From the NCBI RefSeq assembly GCF_024521635.1, contig NW_026250408.1, positions 186,001-250,000 on the forward strand: 64,000 nt of DNA, read 5' to 3'. This DNA is from Tricharina praecox. Lineage: Eukaryota. Position numbers and translations under genes: made by a program. The first letter of the stretch is position 1; every line of letters starts with the position of its first letter. Positions 36,298 through 48,600 of this stretch are shown in pieces. The notes under the pieces were generated by a model. The model ran no database searches. It saw nothing but the letters and a program-made list of their open reading frames with translations, and was not told where the DNA came from.

Positions 36298-38610
36298 CTA
36301 CACCAACTTCCTTACCCTCGACGAGCCCTGACTCTCACCACTGCTCGGCCTACTAGACCGTCTCGAATCCCCCCTAAACTCCCTCCTCGTATAGAACCCA
36401 GGCACAAAGCTGCGCAGGTTTTCTACCACCTCTTCATCGCGTCTCCTAGCCTCCCGCTGCCTCCAGTCCCTCTCCCTCCTCTCCCTCTCCCGGACCTCAT
36501 CCTCATCCTCGACGCCTGTCGTGGATCCCCAGTCGATAGCAATTTCGCGCAGGTCGATATCGTCGGCATAGCGCTCCCGCATCTCCGAGTGCCGTCTCTC
36601 CTCCTCGACATCCTCTGCCCTGCGCCCCTGCTCCTCGAGATCCTGCGCCTCGAGCCGCGCGTCCTCAAAATTCCTTCGCCTCTTATACCCCAGCGCCTGC
36701 GCCCGCTGTTTGTAAGACCGCACATTTACCATCACCCCCTTCCGGTGCCTGTACACGAAGTATAGCCCCGCTGCGACTGCGAAGAAGACGCCACAGAACG
36801 TAAGCCCTACCGCAAGGTTCTTCGACGTGTGGTACTTTTCCTTCGCGGCCGAGCTGCCGCTGCTGGTTTCGGAGGAGGCGCTGTTGCCACTGACACGCCC
36901 CGCCGGGCTGCTGCTGCTGCTGCTGGGGGTGGGAGTGGTGGTCGGGGTGGTGGCCGGGAATGGGTATGTCGGTATGTGCGCATGCGTTATTGGGGGCGTG
37001 ATGGGAGGTAGCCAGAGCGTTTTGTAGGATTTGGTTGAGGTGCTGCTGGTTGCGGGGATGATGGGTGTAGTTGACGGGTGGGGGAGCGGCGGGAACAGCC
37101 GCGTAAGTGTGATGATGCTACTGCTGCTGCGGGGGGCAGGTGTGGGTGGCGATGGGAGAATATCCTGTGTGGGTGAGCTAGAGGTATTAGGGGAGGCGGT
37201 GATACTCGTCACTGGCGGCGTGCTCGTGTTGGCAAGAGTGCGCGATGAGCGTGATGGAGAGGCAAAAATGATGCCGGGTAGGTTTGTGCTCGCTGGGGCG
37301 TTGCTCAGGCTAGGGATAGAAGTTGGCCGTGACGCGCGGGTGGTACTGATCGGGCGTGTGCTCAACCGAGTTGGCCGGGTCGAAGGAGTTATCAAATCCG
37401 GCATTCCCGTCACCGCCGGTACGCTGCTCACTCGCCTCATGGTTCTTGACCGGCTCGTGCTCGCGGGCATCGTGCTCGAACCAGTGTTGCCCGTCGTAAT
37501 TCTGCGAGTTGTACGCGTACTCAAACCGAGGAGGATATCGGACATTGAAGCGAAGACGCCTGTTGGGCCGCCTGTACCGCTTACGCTGGGGATGGGAGTT
37601 GAAAGTGACGGGCCGGTCCCACTGGTCGGGAGTGTGCTCGACCGAGTTGGCCGGGTCGAAGGAGTTATCAAACCCGGCATCCCCGTTTCCGCCGGTACGT
37701 TGCTCAATCGCGTGGTGGTTCGCGAGGGACTCGTGGTCGCGAGCATCGTGCTCGAACCAGTGTCGCTCGTCATAATCCCGTGCGTGGTCCTCGTGCTCGA
37801 GCCGAGGAGGATATCCGACATTGAAGCGAACACGCCTGTTGGGTTGCTTGTAAACACCTCAAAAGTGCTCGAGCTAACTATCAGGCTGGAGGGTCGAGGG
37901 ATTATCAAGCTGGATGTGTTTGCAGCCATCGTTGAGACAATATAGCTGCTCAGATCCAGTGTAGTCATCGGGATTCTGCTCGAGCTTGGGGTCTCCTGAC
38001 TCGAAGATGGTGATTGAGAGCTCTCGTACGGTAGTGTTACCGTTACTATGAAGGTGCGAGTGCTTGTGGCTGTTAGTGGTATTGTAATAGTTGTGGATGG
38101 CTCGGTATCCATGCTTGAAGGTGAAGAGCTCATCAAACTGGCGACCTCTGTAGCCACCGAATGTGTCATCGTCATGGACGTCGAGTTTATGCCGTTGGTA
38201 TGAGAGTGGGTCGGTAGAGGGACTCCGCTCATGTCATCTCTGATCGTTTCTGTAGCCACCGAGCTTGTAGTTTCAGAGCTCATCAAACTCGTTCGCTCCG
38301 TAGCCAGCGAATTTGTCCCCGTGCTGGACGTAGAGTTCATGCCGTTGGTATCAGAGCTGGTTGGTGGAGGAATTCCGCTCATGTCATCTCTGATCGTCTC
38401 TGTAACGGAGCCTGTCGGCATGGGTTGACCCCCCATGCTGTCTCTGATCGTATCCGTCATTGAGGTACTACTCCGCGTAGGAGTAGGTGTCGATAATATG
38501 TAAGTGATGGAAGTCACCCAAACAGTCGAGGATAGCACTGTAGTTGAAGTCGAGGTTGACGGTTGTAAGTCTCCAGATGTGTTATCAGTAGCGGTGATAG
38601 TGGCTGGCAT
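36298..38610 (-). CDS. Ser/Thr/Pro-rich mucin-like single-pass membrane protein (~770 aa)
   Basis: First ATG at 38610 (CAAACATG context); ~600 aa S/T/P-rich region with 92-aa (276 bp) and 50-aa (150 bp) internal repeats; TM helix LAVGLTFCGVFFAVAAGLYFVY (36751-36816) followed by RHRK and a charged tail. Confidence 0.8.
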   Translation of the reverse strand: MPATITATDNTSGDLQPSTSTSTTVLSSTVWVTSITYILSTPTPTRSSTSMTDTIRDSMGGQPMPTGSVTETIRDDMSGIPPPTSSDTNGMNSTSSTGTNSLATERTSLMSSETTSSVATETIRDDMSGVPLPTHSHTNGINSTSMTMTHSVATEVASLMSSSPSSMDTEPSTTITIPLTATSTRTFIVTVTLPYESSQSPSSSQETPSSSRIPMTTLDLSSYIVSTMAANTSSLIIPRPSSLIVSSSTFEVFTSNPTGVFASMSDILLGSSTRTTHGIMTSDTGSSTMLATTSPSRTTTRLSNVPAETGMPGLITPSTRPTRSSTLPTSGTGPSLSTPIPSVSGTGGPTGVFASMSDILLGLSTRTTRRITTGNTGSSTMPASTSRSRTMRRVSSVPAVTGMPDLITPSTRPTRLSTRPISTTRASRPTSIPSLSNAPASTNLPGIIFASPSRSSRTLANTSTPPVTSITASPNTSSSPTQDILPSPPTPAPRSSSSIITLTRLFPPLPHPSTTPIIPATSSTSTKSYKTLWLPPITPPITHAHIPTYPFPATTPTTTPTPSSSSSSPAGRVSGNSASSETSSGSSAAKEKYHTSKNLAVGLTFCGVFFAVAAGLYFVYRHRKGVMVNVRSYKQRAQALGYKRRRNFEDARLEAQDLEEQGRRAEDVEEERRHSEMRERYADDIDLREIAIDWGSTTGVEDEDEVRERERRERDWRQREARRRDEEVVENLRSFVPGFYTRREFRGDSRRSSRPSSGESQGSSRVRKLV

Positions 38611-38848
38611 GTTTGATGTTTGGTGTAGCGGTTTGGGGTATGTGTGGGAGTTGTGGATGATGGGTGATTGGGAGGAGAAAAATGATGGTATTATGTGCAA
38701 GGCGGAGAAGGAGGAGGGTGCGAGGGTAGCGTGGATTCAAAGGTATTCACTAGGCACAATCTTTACTGCAAGCTTGCAAAGAATAGAAGAGTAGAGCAGC
38801 CGGTAACAGATTCAATTTCCCTCCTCGAACCCGCTGTCTCACCGACCA

Positions 38849-39169
38849 TCACTCGTCTTTGTATCCCACCTCAGAGTCTGTCGACCACTCGGCCTCGTCT
38901 CCGCTATCGAAGTCTGCGAACATCTCCCTCTTCCTCGCCTCCGCCTCTTCCAGCTCCTTCATCATCGCCTCAAACATCGTTCTGCCCTCCCTCTCGACAT
39001 ACATTCTGTGTTCCTCCTCCTCGGCCTCTTGCAGCTCGGCACGGGCATTGAAGCGCTGAAAGCACCACACCAGGTAGACGGTGTAGATGACGACGTAGGC
39101 GACCAAGATTCCGCACACGATGGCGTAAAGACGGCCCTTGTCGGAGAGGATGGTGAAGTTTGATGACAT
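38849..39169 (-). CDS. Small single-TM protein (106 aa) with acidic tail
   Basis: ACAATG start; TM segment LYAIVCGILVAYVVIYTVYLVWC; coding-like composition; TATA-like TTTATAT near 39280; similar to 40297-40602. Confidence 0.65.
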   Translation of the reverse strand: MSSNFTILSDKGRLYAIVCGILVAYVVIYTVYLVWCFQRFNARAELQEAEEEEHRMYVEREGRTMFEAMMKELEEAEARKREMFADFDSGDEAEWSTDSEVGYKDE

Positions 39170-39603
39170 TGTTTCGTTATAGGTGTTGTTGAGTTCTGAA
39201 GACGTTAGTTGGTGGAGGTCGTGCGATGAGGAGAGTGGGGTTTACTTAAGGAAGTATGTTGTGGGTGAGTTTGTGGGATATAAAGGTGGTCGGGTCAGAT
39301 AGTGAAGGTAGAACAAGCGCAATGAAGTGGGAGAATGGTGGTAATCTAATCATGAATACAGCTTTTCAATGGTGTAGGGTGGTAGGGCAAGAGGTGTGAG
39401 TACGGTAGCGAGGCTTCCGAGTGCTGCGTAAGGCTTGAGGTCGCGGGTGACATTTAGTGAACAAGACTCATGGGATGTCACGCATGGAAAAATTGGTCAT
39501 CAGCGAAACACGGAAACATGGTAGATTTACATGGTACTGTCATGAGCTACTATAGCTAGGTCGCACACAATCAATGATTAAACAAAAACAAAACATAGTA
39601 GAC

Positions 39604-40036
39604 TTACAGACGTGCAAGCAGCCATTAGGAAGATAACCCACGACGCCCCTGGCCCCGATCGGAAGTACGCCATCCAGGCCAGGAAGCACATCGCAGCCGT
39701 GCACCGGAGGGAACCAAGAATCACGATCGAGATTCGACGGTACCGGCACACATAGATATCCCCAGAGAACGAAAAGGGCCGACACATGGGTCAAGCTGGC
39801 GACTGATAACCCCGCCGTGTGTGGGGTGGAAGGGGGCCCGATCCCGGCGTGGGCCCCCAAGTGCCTGGCCTGAAGATTCTACCAGCTGAATACGGGGCAT
39901 TGCCTCACCGGTTAGTTTATACCCCTAGTGGACGAAAAGCCGCTCCGATGCCCGGTGCGGGTGGTGCCGTTACACGACCCCGACGCGGGAGCACCTCTTC
40001 AAGCGCTGCCCCGAGTGGAAGAGCTAGCAGAAGATA
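39604..40036 (+). mobile_element. Degenerate non-LTR retrotransposon (LINE, Tad1/I-like) ORF2 3' fragment: RNase H and CCHC zinc finger
   Basis: Frameshifted translation TDVQAAIRKITHDAPGPDRKYAIQARKHIAA..ITIEIR..AHIDIP.NEK.ADTWVKLA (RNase H C-terminal half), then RFYQLNTGHCLTG*..CGWCRYTTPTREHLFKRCPEWK (LINE C-terminal CCHC finger). Confidence 0.85.
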
Positions 40037-40296
40037 GACACAGTGGGTGGAGGTTTGGATGGATAAAAACAGTAGACATGGAGGAAATAGGATTGGATGG
40101 ATAATACTGTGATTATCTGAAACAATCGAGTACAAAAAAAAGGTGAAACAAAAACCTCAGAAAGAGTACAAAGGCCATTACAAAATAGAAAGCATTGAAT
40201 CGAATCCAAACCATGACCGATCCAACGGTGAGTGCCCAAACCAAAGAAATACTAGAAATTCTCTCAGTGCCCGCCTCCCAAGTTCGTGATGGGTGT

Positions 40297-40602
40297 CTAG
40301 GCCAACTTCTTCTTCTTCCCCCCCTCCCACTCAAACATTGTCCGTGTAGCCCGTCCACATTCTGCACAAAGATCGCAGTCTTCACAAGGCTCTCGGCGTT
40401 TGAATATGCCGAGACACGTGCAGACCAGGTACATTAAGTATATTGTCTGGAAGAACGAGAGTACGGCGACGACCAGTACGACAAATTTCGATTGTGGGTT
40501 GGTGAAGAGCAGATTGCGGAAGCCGGTGATGGTGTTGGGAGTATTGCCGGCAGTGCCTGCAGGGACGGCGTGATGGTAGGTGTGCCGGCGGTGGTGGTTC
40601 AT
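40297..40602 (-). CDS. Small single-TM protein (101 aa) with CxxCxxCxxC motif
   Basis: TM segment FVVLVVAVLSFFQTIYLMYLVCTCLGIF followed by KRREPCEDCDLCAECGRATRTMFEW; CATAAATA element ~90 nt upstream; shares YLV and RTMFE with 38849-39169. Confidence 0.6.
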   Translation of the reverse strand: MNHHRRHTYHHAVPAGTAGNTPNTITGFRNLLFTNPQSKFVVLVVAVLSFFQTIYLMYLVCTCLGIFKRREPCEDCDLCAECGRATRTMFEWEGGKKKKLA

Positions 40603-40989
40603 CTTTGCGCTGTTGATGTGTGATGGAAGATGTTTGCAGGGGTTGTGGTGGAGGGGAACTTTCTGAGTGATACTGGTAAGGGAAGAAGGGGTATTTATGT
40701 GGAGGGGTGGGAGCTAGGGCTGAACTGAACTGAAGGCTTTTAAAGTGAATGGGGATCGAAGGATACCTGGCCCCGCCTACAACTTCGGAGGCCCTATTCT
40801 GTTTGTGAGGAATTATGAGGAATCTGGCCAGTGCCTAAAGGCCTGTAGGTACGTGGCGTCGTACTTCGATCGTCCGTGGGATTGTCGCAACCTCCGCTAC
40901 CTGCGGAGCCACACGATGTCACTCGCAATAAGTGGGGGTGGTAACAGCAGCAGCGCAATTGACCCAAACCCTCTTCGTATGCGTGGTAT

Positions 40990-41420
40990 AAAAGAGATTT
41001 CCCATCGTTATCCGCCCACGCTTGGCTGCGAAGTGCAAGGCTGTATTGCCGCCTCTATCGGCAATATTGACATCGGCACCGCAACCGAGGAACTCCGGGA
41101 AATTGTCACGTCAATATCCAGACGAACCGCTCTGTGGAGGGCAGTATTGCCGTCTCGGTCGGGGATTTCGATTGCGGTGCCGCAATTAAGTAGCCGAAGA
41201 GTTCCTCCGTCATCACCTAAAGGCCCTCCGCACAGTGCAGTGACACAAATGATGATCCTCGGTGCCTGTTGGAGCTGAGCAAGACAGAGCACGATTGCTC
41301 TCGTAATTGTGGGCATCGACATCGGCGTCCCGGGCAAGAAGCAGCTCCAGAGCTTCATCGTCTCCCGTCAACACCGCGCAAGGTATGTAGGACAGGACTG
41401 CTTGAGACGTCCCCGGAAAT
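40990..41420 (-). pseudogene. Ankyrin-repeat gene relic
   Basis: Frameshifted ankyrin motifs ALELLLARDADVDAHNYESNRAL, LLNCGTAIEIPDRDGNTALHRAV and GCGADVNIADRGGNTALHFAAKRG. Confidence 0.7.
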
Positions 41421-44103
41421 GCCGACGGTGTGATAATGGCCATCGTCATAGATCTCGATGCGCCAAATCGGAGGCTCGGATACTGTGGATTGGAGATCAC
41501 ATCAGCAAGACTCAGCTCCTACAGTAGCTTCCACCATATGCCTCTCGTCACAGAACTTTAGGGAGTGAGTGTGGAGAGATTCCAACCCTCTGCTTCCTGG
41601 ATAGTCAACCCTTGTTCCCCGGAGGACACGGTCGAATATGAAGGCCAGTTTCCGTCGATGAACAGTGTTGCAACTCCCGGTAGACATGACAGACATCCCA
41701 TCGTTCCTTTCGATGGGCCTCATCCAAGCGGGACATCAGATACGGAACGTGCATCGAAGGCTCGTGGTTCGACTCGAGGACGTAGTGAACAGTAGCCTGG
41801 GGGCTTTTCCGAGCTACCAGCTGCCTCGGTAGATGATTCGCTACGCCTGGTCAGCAGAGATTCACGACGAACTGGATTCACACTGCCCAAGAAAATGGTC
41901 GAGCCAGCCGGGTCTTGGAAGTCGGAGTTTACGCTTGTGTACCTATATAGAAACTTCAAAGAAACTCTAGGTTCGGCGGTTGGTTTTCTTTCGCTGGCGG
42001 CTGTCGAATCTTGATTGACCAGAAGTACCGTATCTACCTAAATACCTATTGAGGGAGAATTAGCCGAGGAAGCGATGATTCCAAGTCTACTGGGAGGTTT
42101 TTAGTTAAGTGTGATGGCTCGTACCGACATGTATGTAGACAGTAGAAAAATTATTGGATTGCGCCGACTGGCTATATACGGGTCTAGTCGAAGTATCTGC
42201 CGCTGCCACTGTCACTCTACCCCTGATTCTGGCAACAACTTCAAACGGTATTCCGTAGCGAAAATGGCTCCGGCCGAGTGACGGGATGTGTCCATCTAGC
42301 TGTGCGAACGAAGTTCCGAGTGGATGCGGGTACCTAAGTAACTAATGGTAGCTGGAGCCTGGTGGCAGCTCTTATGATATGTACACGGGACTTCCAGGCG
42401 TAGCTATATACACAGAATCCCCGGTGTTTGACAGTGTCATCACCGGTCCCGCCGACCTGTGGGCCCTGGGGGTTTTATCGTGGACGTATATCGGTCGAGC
42501 TCGTGGACGGAATCTACATAGGTAGCTTGCCACCCGCTGTATCATGTCTGTATGATACGAACATAGGACGTGGGACGTGGGACGTGGGCGGCCGAGGGAC
42601 TTCAAAGTTCAAAGTTCAAACAACGAAAGTGCAATGGAAACTACTATAATTACATTGGAGTCTCACCGTTCTGACTCAGGCTCGCTGAGCACTCCCGCTG
42701 TTCCGCAGTTCCGCTTCAATGCATGGCTATATATGATTGGGGCAGGAAGCTTCTAGAGCTATGGAAGTGAAGTGCTGTTTCAATGATCGTGGTTCCCGTG
42801 TGTTTTCCAGGCATTCCGCTGTAAACACTGAAAAGTAGGTAGGTAGGTACTAGGCGGTGAGGTGGTGGAGCGCATTGTCCGGCGGCTTCCAGATTGGGAT
42901 GTGGGTCCGGGGAAGAGCGTGAGGCCGTGAGTGTGTGAAGCCGCGATTGTGTGAAGCCAGGGAATCGCCACTTCCGAGCTCTTCGCCAAGGGAGACCGTT
43001 CCTGGGGGACGGTGAGTTGGCAGGCCTGCCAGCAAACCCCCCCCCCCCCCCCCCCGACCGACTACGAGAACAATCTTCCACTCCAATCCACTTCACTCCG
43101 GCCATGTTTGCTGGTCCATTATCCATCTGCAAGCTCTAAATATGTGTCCCAGGCATCTCGTATCGCTCGGCTCGTTTGCTTCCAGCTTGCTTTGCTGGCA
43201 TCCACAGTCGAGCTGGTTGGTTGGCTGGTGGTTGCGGGAGCCCGTCCTTCCTTCCATTGCCATGACGGGTGAGTACGTATGTATGTACTGGCTATAGGAC
43301 GCTCTGCATAGGAGCATAGTACCTACAGTTGGTGGTCCGGTTTCTCACTCGGCTGGCCGTACTCCCACTGTGGGCCCAGACCAGACCAGTCACCAGACCA
43401 GAACGTCTCCTGGATGGATGGATGGATCGATGGTTGGATCGATAGTTGGATAGATGGTTGGATAGATGGTCAACGAAACGAAACGAACCGCAATCCAGCG
43501 TTTGCCCTGGGACCTGAAACCCACCCAGAGCTCGCTCGCTCGCTCGCATCGGCAGCGCTTATACTCTATCTTTACAGTTCCTTTTTCCGACATAGTGAGG
43601 CGGCAAATCGCAATGATGGAAATGGAGTCGGACGTTAAACTTACCAGTGACCAGTGACCACGGGTTAGTTTGACTTTGGGCCATCATTGGCCTTCGAATT
43701 TCGGGCGACGGGCGTGAGAGCTCGCAGCCTGAGGCCTCGAGGACTCCTGATCGCTCACCGGCAAACGCTGCGGACCGTTCACTCAGTGTTCACCGTTCTA
43801 ACCCCATTAACTATCCCTCCTCAACCCAACCCAGCCCCGCCGTTACCGACAGCCTCAATCTGCCTACCGTCCGCGTGCATCTAAGCATCGAAGATTCTAA
43901 AGCCAACTTCCAAGGGGTGGATCCTCCACCTATGCAGCAGCAGCAGCAGCAGCAGAGGCGGCGGCAGTACTCTAACATGGTAATCCGGGGCACGAGCTAC
44001 AGACTGCCGTCAGCATTTAGCCCTGTTTGCTTGCTTGCTGTCTGCTGCTTTCTGTTTGCATTGTTGCACTTCAACTCCACAGTGCACTCCACGGTGCACA
44101 CAA

Positions 44104-44222
44104 CCCATCCCATCCCATCCCATCCCAGCCCATCCCACCCCAACCATCCCATCCCATCCCACCCCATACCATCCCATCCCATCCCATCCCATCCCATCCC
44201 ATCCCATCCCATCCCATCCCAT
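44104..44222. repeat. (ATCCC)n pentanucleotide microsatellite
   Basis: About 20 near-perfect CCCAT units. Confidence 0.95.
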
Positions 44223-45561
44223 GCGCTCCACAGTGCTCACAGCACAGTACAGGGCAAGCGGAACAATCCAGCAGCTAGCTTCCCGGCGTGCGTGCATCCC
44301 CGCAGCCGCTGACGGGCATCTCTGGGCTCTGTCTGTCTCTCTGCTGCTGCTGCTGCTGCTGCAGAGCTGCAGAACTGTACAAGCGGGGATTTACCGTGGT
44401 GGTGTTGCGAGCACGCAGGAGCAAGCAGGAGCAAAGGGATATCCTTTTTCCCTCCGGGCTCGTCCGGACTCCGACGTACTCTACTCTACGTTCATGTAAG
44501 CTGGAGTACCGTATGCATGTATGTAGGGGTGGAAGGAGGAGAGAGATGAAGGGAGGAAGGGGGTGCAGCTTTAAGATTGTATGCAGTATGTACGTACATA
44601 AATAAGCCTCCGACGGCGGTGGAATATTCCCGGTAACGCCACAAGCCCACAAACTTATGTGATGTGATGGGATGGGATCTGCCGCCCCGCACCTTGCTTG
44701 CAATGCTTGGAAGTTGGCTTGGCCTGTGGTTTGTGTGTTTGTACCTGTGTACCGAGTACATACGTCTAGAGGAAATTAGAGTAGAGCCCTCTCCGCATAC
44801 CAAGTATTGCAACTACTGGAACTTTGGCGGGAGGGCATCACGTCAGCACGCCCAGTCGATCGTCCCCCTCGATCACGCACCGTGGGGTCTCCACACTGCT
44901 CACGCACACCGACCAGTCACCAAAGTTCAGCTGATTGGCAGCCGTTCGTGGTGACGGACGTCTGCCTCCGTAGTCCGCCGTTCCAGAGTCTAGAGTCCCT
45001 CCGACCTCGAAGAGCTCGCAGGCTCGAAACGACCGTGCATGGATGATGGACTCTGGAGGAGGAGATGCAGCCGCGTGGATCGCGCACGCACGCATATGTA
45101 TGTTGGCAGGAAGCTTTGATTCCGCTTGGGGCGCGGGGAGGTGGCAGATGTAGGGTAGGTTAGGTAGGTTAGGTAGAGTATCACGCTTCCTTCGAAAAGC
45201 CAGAGATCGATCCGATGCATATGGTTGCGGCGATGAAGGGGGAGGGGAAGCGGGCGGCAGTTTAGTGTGAACGAAAGTTTAATCCGTGCTGCATGCTCCA
45301 GCTCCTAGACGTTCAAGCAAACGTACTGTACTACTATACATATCATACCTACTGGTACTCCACACGTAGGTTGGATGTACAAACCAAAGCCCATCCCTAC
45401 ATTCCGTCGAAGCCTGAGCTTTGAAGAGTTGAAAACGTAACGACAGTACCGTACCGAACCGAGAACACAGACTCGGAGGAATGTTTGTCCCGGGTTATCA
45501 GAAATCCTAGGTGACTAGGTAACGATCAAAGGCCGGGGGGAGAGGAACGACTGGAAAAACA

Positions 45562-45562
45562 A

Positions 45563-45638
<76 letters not shown>

Positions 45639-45639
45639 A
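45562..45639. repeat. (AAAG)n tetranucleotide microsatellite
   Basis: About 19 perfect units. Confidence 0.95.
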
Positions 45640-48600
45640 CACAGGCTCGGCTGATGGCTGTAGCATAGCCTGTAGAGTAGGCTGTAAGATGGATGTTACC
45701 GGGCTAAGGTGAGATGGTGAGACCTCGTTATATGCTCATGCCGGGGGCATAGCCGCTTGCCGCAATGGATGGAAGGATATATGTAGAGTCGGCGTCCAGT
45801 GTCTCCATACGGATCAATCGAGATATGCACCTCATGTATGCTTGTAAGCTTAAAGTATGGAGGGAGAAGAGCTCCACTCCACTCCATGCACCCTCTCCAG
45901 CGTGAGTGCGGAGAAAGGCAGGAAAAGCACGTACGTTTGCAACGTTCATCATTCATTCATCGTTCAAAATGTCCAAGGAATGTGGGAATAGAATAGAGTG
46001 TGCGCGTGCTGTGTCACGGCGGCGGGAAGGCTTGATTTCTGATTTGGTTGGCACAAACGTAGGTATCGCCGTACAGCTACTGTACAGTGTACACACACGT
46101 AAGCGGTACTTTCTCGGAAGTTACCAGGTAGGGGAACACTGCATATCTCCAGTCTCTACTGAAGGGGGGGGAGGGAGGGGGGCGGGGAAGAGAAGAAATC
46201 ATGCTTTTTTTTGTCTTCTTTTCTTTTCTTCTTTTCTTTTTTTTTTCTTTTTTTTTCTTTTTTTTCTCTTTTTTTTTTTCGGGACTGTTGTTCACAGAAT
46301 ATCACTCGTGCTTCTCCACCATTTCAAGGTAGTGAGGGGGTGGGGGTGTGGGGGGTTTGACACCATAAACAGAGAGCGAAAAAAGTACACACAATTGACA
46401 GCCACAATCTTGCATTGACCGAAATCGCCAGATGGCAGTATCAGATGTACGTATGTACGATCAAACAAAAACAAAACAAGACAAGGGGGGGGGGGGGGGG
46501 GGGGGGGGTGGTGGGTTGGACTTTTGATGTCGGTCGGTCGATCCGCCTAGGAACAGGACTGGCGCTTGTCAGATTGATTGTGGGCACATCACATTTGACT
46601 TTTCGTTCGACCATGCGCCACCGCCGCGTACATACATAGAGTACTCTACGTGCAGGCGGATGCAGTCATGTGCGGTCAGCTGTGGATTTGTCTGTCGCGC
46701 TTCTGCTGCTGTCACTGTGTGCATTGTGTGGCGTCTATCATCTATGTATGTGGAGTAGTTGCGGCCGGAGAGCATAGATAGATACTAGTAGGAAGACGCG
46801 CCGCTCTCTTGCGCCGGCACTGACACGGACACACTGCTCGTGGACGTTGGCGGTGGTGAGCGGCAGGTAGATGTGATATGTAGTCATGTAATACTCAGTT
46901 AGCGCCATAACCACGGCTATTGGCCTGCCGTCCACGGCTATATCACAATCAGCAGAAAAAGCGATATCTCGTCGCTTTGCTTTTTATCCCCCCCCCCCCC
47001 CCATGCTCATGGACGCTGGTCAGTGGGTAGGTAAGAGTAAACTGGGTAACTGGCCGGGGGGGTTGCGCGACAGTCGACAGTCGACAGGGCGCTGGGAGCA
47101 TCTACATTCCCTAAAAAGTTTGCCGGTCTACCGAACAGGGGTAAAGTAGATCTGGCGCGGTGCAACAGACGCGCAAGCTGCAGCCTGCAGGCACGTGGGT
47201 GGTGCGCAGCGCCCGAATCGTATGTACGTATGTGTCTGTGTAGGTATGGAGAGTATCTTACTGGTGTTTGCCAGTTGCTCACAAGCGCATATACCGTCTT
47301 TGCCGTATGTATAGCAGTTACAACTCACAGTATCCACTCCAGCGCTGTCAGGCCTTTTCGCAATATGATGTCCGGGTGCTTTGCGCGTGTGTGTGTGTGT
47401 GTGTGTGTCTCTCGAGTCGTGATCGCGGCACTAAAGATGAAGAAATAGAAGAATGGGGGATCACATTGCGGTCCTCGCGGAGTAGCCGCCAATTGGGCGA
47501 CCAGCAGTGCCTCGGGCCTGGCCTCAACGGTAACTGTCGATCGGCGCATCAGCACATCCACACACTCCCTCCCAGTGCTTATGCTTTCACTCGTGCTCAT
47601 GCTTGCACTCGTTCTTTTGCTCGGTCTTTTGCCCGTCCCTTTGCTCGTGCTTTTGCTTGTGCTTGTACCTCCATAGATCGGTGACATTATTTCCCTTGAG
47701 TCGGAGACATTCATTCCCTTGGCTTGTGTTGTTATGTGGTGGCTCCTTGCATGGTGGGCTGTTTCAGGTGCTACATACACTACATACTTCCATCTGAACA
47801 TCACTTTGTCTGGCCCTGCTGTCAGGTCACATTCTGGCAGCGATGCTTGAAGTTTGTGTGCGCTCAGCGAGGCAGGGATGGCCTCGATTCGCGCTCGGGG
47901 AGGGGAGCTAGCATACATACGCTGTTTAGGGTTGCGAATGCATAGCGAGAGCGAGGGATGCTCTCCTGCGGACTGCACGCAGGACGACGTGTGGAGGATG
48001 AGGTAATATGGAGATATCCATATACATGTTGCACGTGCTACTTGCCGGAGTATGCGTGAAGCTCGTTCAGAATAACGAGTCCGGGTTATAGGCACGGCAG
48101 CACACACTTCATCAGGCCAATAGGATCTTGGATATCAGGGCAACGGGAGGATCCTGACACGCCGCCGGGGGGCAGAAGGTGCTCAGGATATCTCAGCACT
48201 TGTAGCGGGAGAGACTTGGGAAGTTGGGGGCGGGATGGAGAACACGAGATACAGCCGCGTGGTATATTTCTAGAAGCGTGGTATATTTCTAGAAGCGCAT
48301 TATACGCCACGTCCCACGCCGGCAGCGCTCAGTAAGAAAGATCCATCCATCCCCATGCAACATTCTCTGCCAGAGCAAGTGAAGTTCCCATCGCAAGAAG
48401 GGCTGCGCTTGGGGGATCCACACTTGCACAATGCCGGTCCCATCCGTCCAGAAAGCAAGCAATGTTCGACAGGTTTACCGCTGATCCTTGAGCATCATGA
48501 TCATCATCGTCGATTGCTGATTGCTACCCGTCAGACTCCAAGTATGCAGGTTGTGGCCAGGCCACTGGCGAAGGGGTGAGCCGCGCTGCTCAGCTCTACA

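Noticed and set aside
37031..37945. 304-aa hydrophobic + strand ORF
   Set aside because: Antisense shadow of the Ser/Thr-rich minus-strand gene.
43875..44499. ORFs with PSHPI/GWDGM repeats
   Set aside because: Translations of the (ATCCC)n microsatellite, not genes.
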